Below are positions 52,951-53,300 of a DNA stretch of 53,300 bases, piece after piece. Source of the stretch: Pseudomonadales bacterium. GTDB lineage: Bacteria > Pseudomonadota > Gammaproteobacteria > Pseudomonadales > UBA7239. The stretch covers positions 1 to 53,300 of the forward strand of contig DATIDQ010000102.1 of assembly GCA_035456205.1 (NCBI GenBank), given 5' to 3'. A model generated the notes under the pieces. That model was not told the DNA's origin. It was given only the letters and a program-made list of their open reading frames with translations, and made no database searches. The position numbers and the translations under genes are program-made. Within the stretch, counting starts at the first letter, position 1. Each line of letters starts with the position of its first letter.

Positions 52951-53016
52951 GTTCTTTGGCCTGTTGATTCCACAGATGATTTGCAAAGTTTATCACGCTT
53001 TTGGTTTTTTGCTGCG

Positions 53017-53300
53017 CTATGGCTGTTTGAGGAATAGCAAATCCCATACTCCATGTCCCAGTTGCTGGCCTCGTCGCTCAAATTTGGTTTCCGGTCGATA
53101 ATCCGGGCGTGCACTGTATTGCTGTGCGCCGGCTCTGTTCTGGAGATGTTCGCACAATGACGCAGTTTCCAGCATGACTTCTGCATATGGCTTCCAGTCT
53201 GTAGCCATATGCAATACGCCATTATTCCTGAGTTTCTGTGTCACCAAAGTGACAAAATCAGCTTGAACGATTCTGCGCTTGTGGTGGCGACTCTTGTGCC
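53017..53300 (-). CDS. trmB: tRNA (guanine46-N7)-methyltransferase TrmB, C-terminal part; the gene runs off the right edge
   Basis: Hand translation extends the track ORF upstream in frame to the window edge, giving [35 protein letters not shown]...[18 protein letters not shown]. This is collinear with the E. coli TrmB C-terminus. Confidence 0.88.
   Translation of the reverse strand, partial: HKSRHHKRRIVQADFVTLVTQKLRNNGVLHMATDWKPYAEVMLETASLCEHLQNRAGAQQYSARPDYRPETKFERRGQQLGHGVWDLLFLKQP

Overview
This is a densely coding core chromosomal segment of a gammaproteobacterium. G+C is roughly 45-50% from hand counts of a few rows, and the species cannot be determined from the sequence alone. I support about 58 protein genes, 2 tRNAs, 3 clear intrinsic terminators and a few regulatory sites.

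Syntenic blocks, left to right:
- rppH-ptsP (ptsP truncated at the left edge).
- A dual-FHA membrane protein.
- yrfG / DUF4124 / hslO, then an SGNH hydrolase.
- recN with an SOS-box-like site.
- polA-SPFH-DUF4124-serine hydrolase.
- A DUF1631-like protein plus a PilZ protein.
- rsgA-rluA-like-cobT-cobQ-MFS, with orn divergent from rsgA.
- An AT-rich OafA-like acyltransferase, then an aldo/keto reductase.
- cysE and ygiQ.
- yhbY / rlmE-ftsH-folP-glmM-tpiA-secG-tRNA-Leu.
- tRNA-Arg, then parB-parA-rsmG-mnmG divergent from atpIBEFHAGDC-glmU-glmS.
- trmB (truncated at the right edge).

I saw no transposase, integrase, CRISPR array, rRNA or recognisable defence gene.

The best candidate for something undescribed is the 403-nt gap between rppH and the FHA gene. 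It holds an exact sigma-54 -24/-12 element, an exact IHF core site, upstream GTTAC/GTAAC half-sites, and a terminator-ended stretch of about 190 nt with no convincing ORF. That stretch displays AAnAAnAA / (ARN)n tracts in hairpin loops, the design of CrcZ-type Hfq/Crc-sequestering sRNAs, but it is much shorter and in a different genomic context.

The second candidate is a Sec-signal protein made of about 13 [H/R]TPxS pentapeptides, encoded by a 15-bp tandem repeat between the two tRNA genes.

All family assignments come from reading the translations. No database search was possible.
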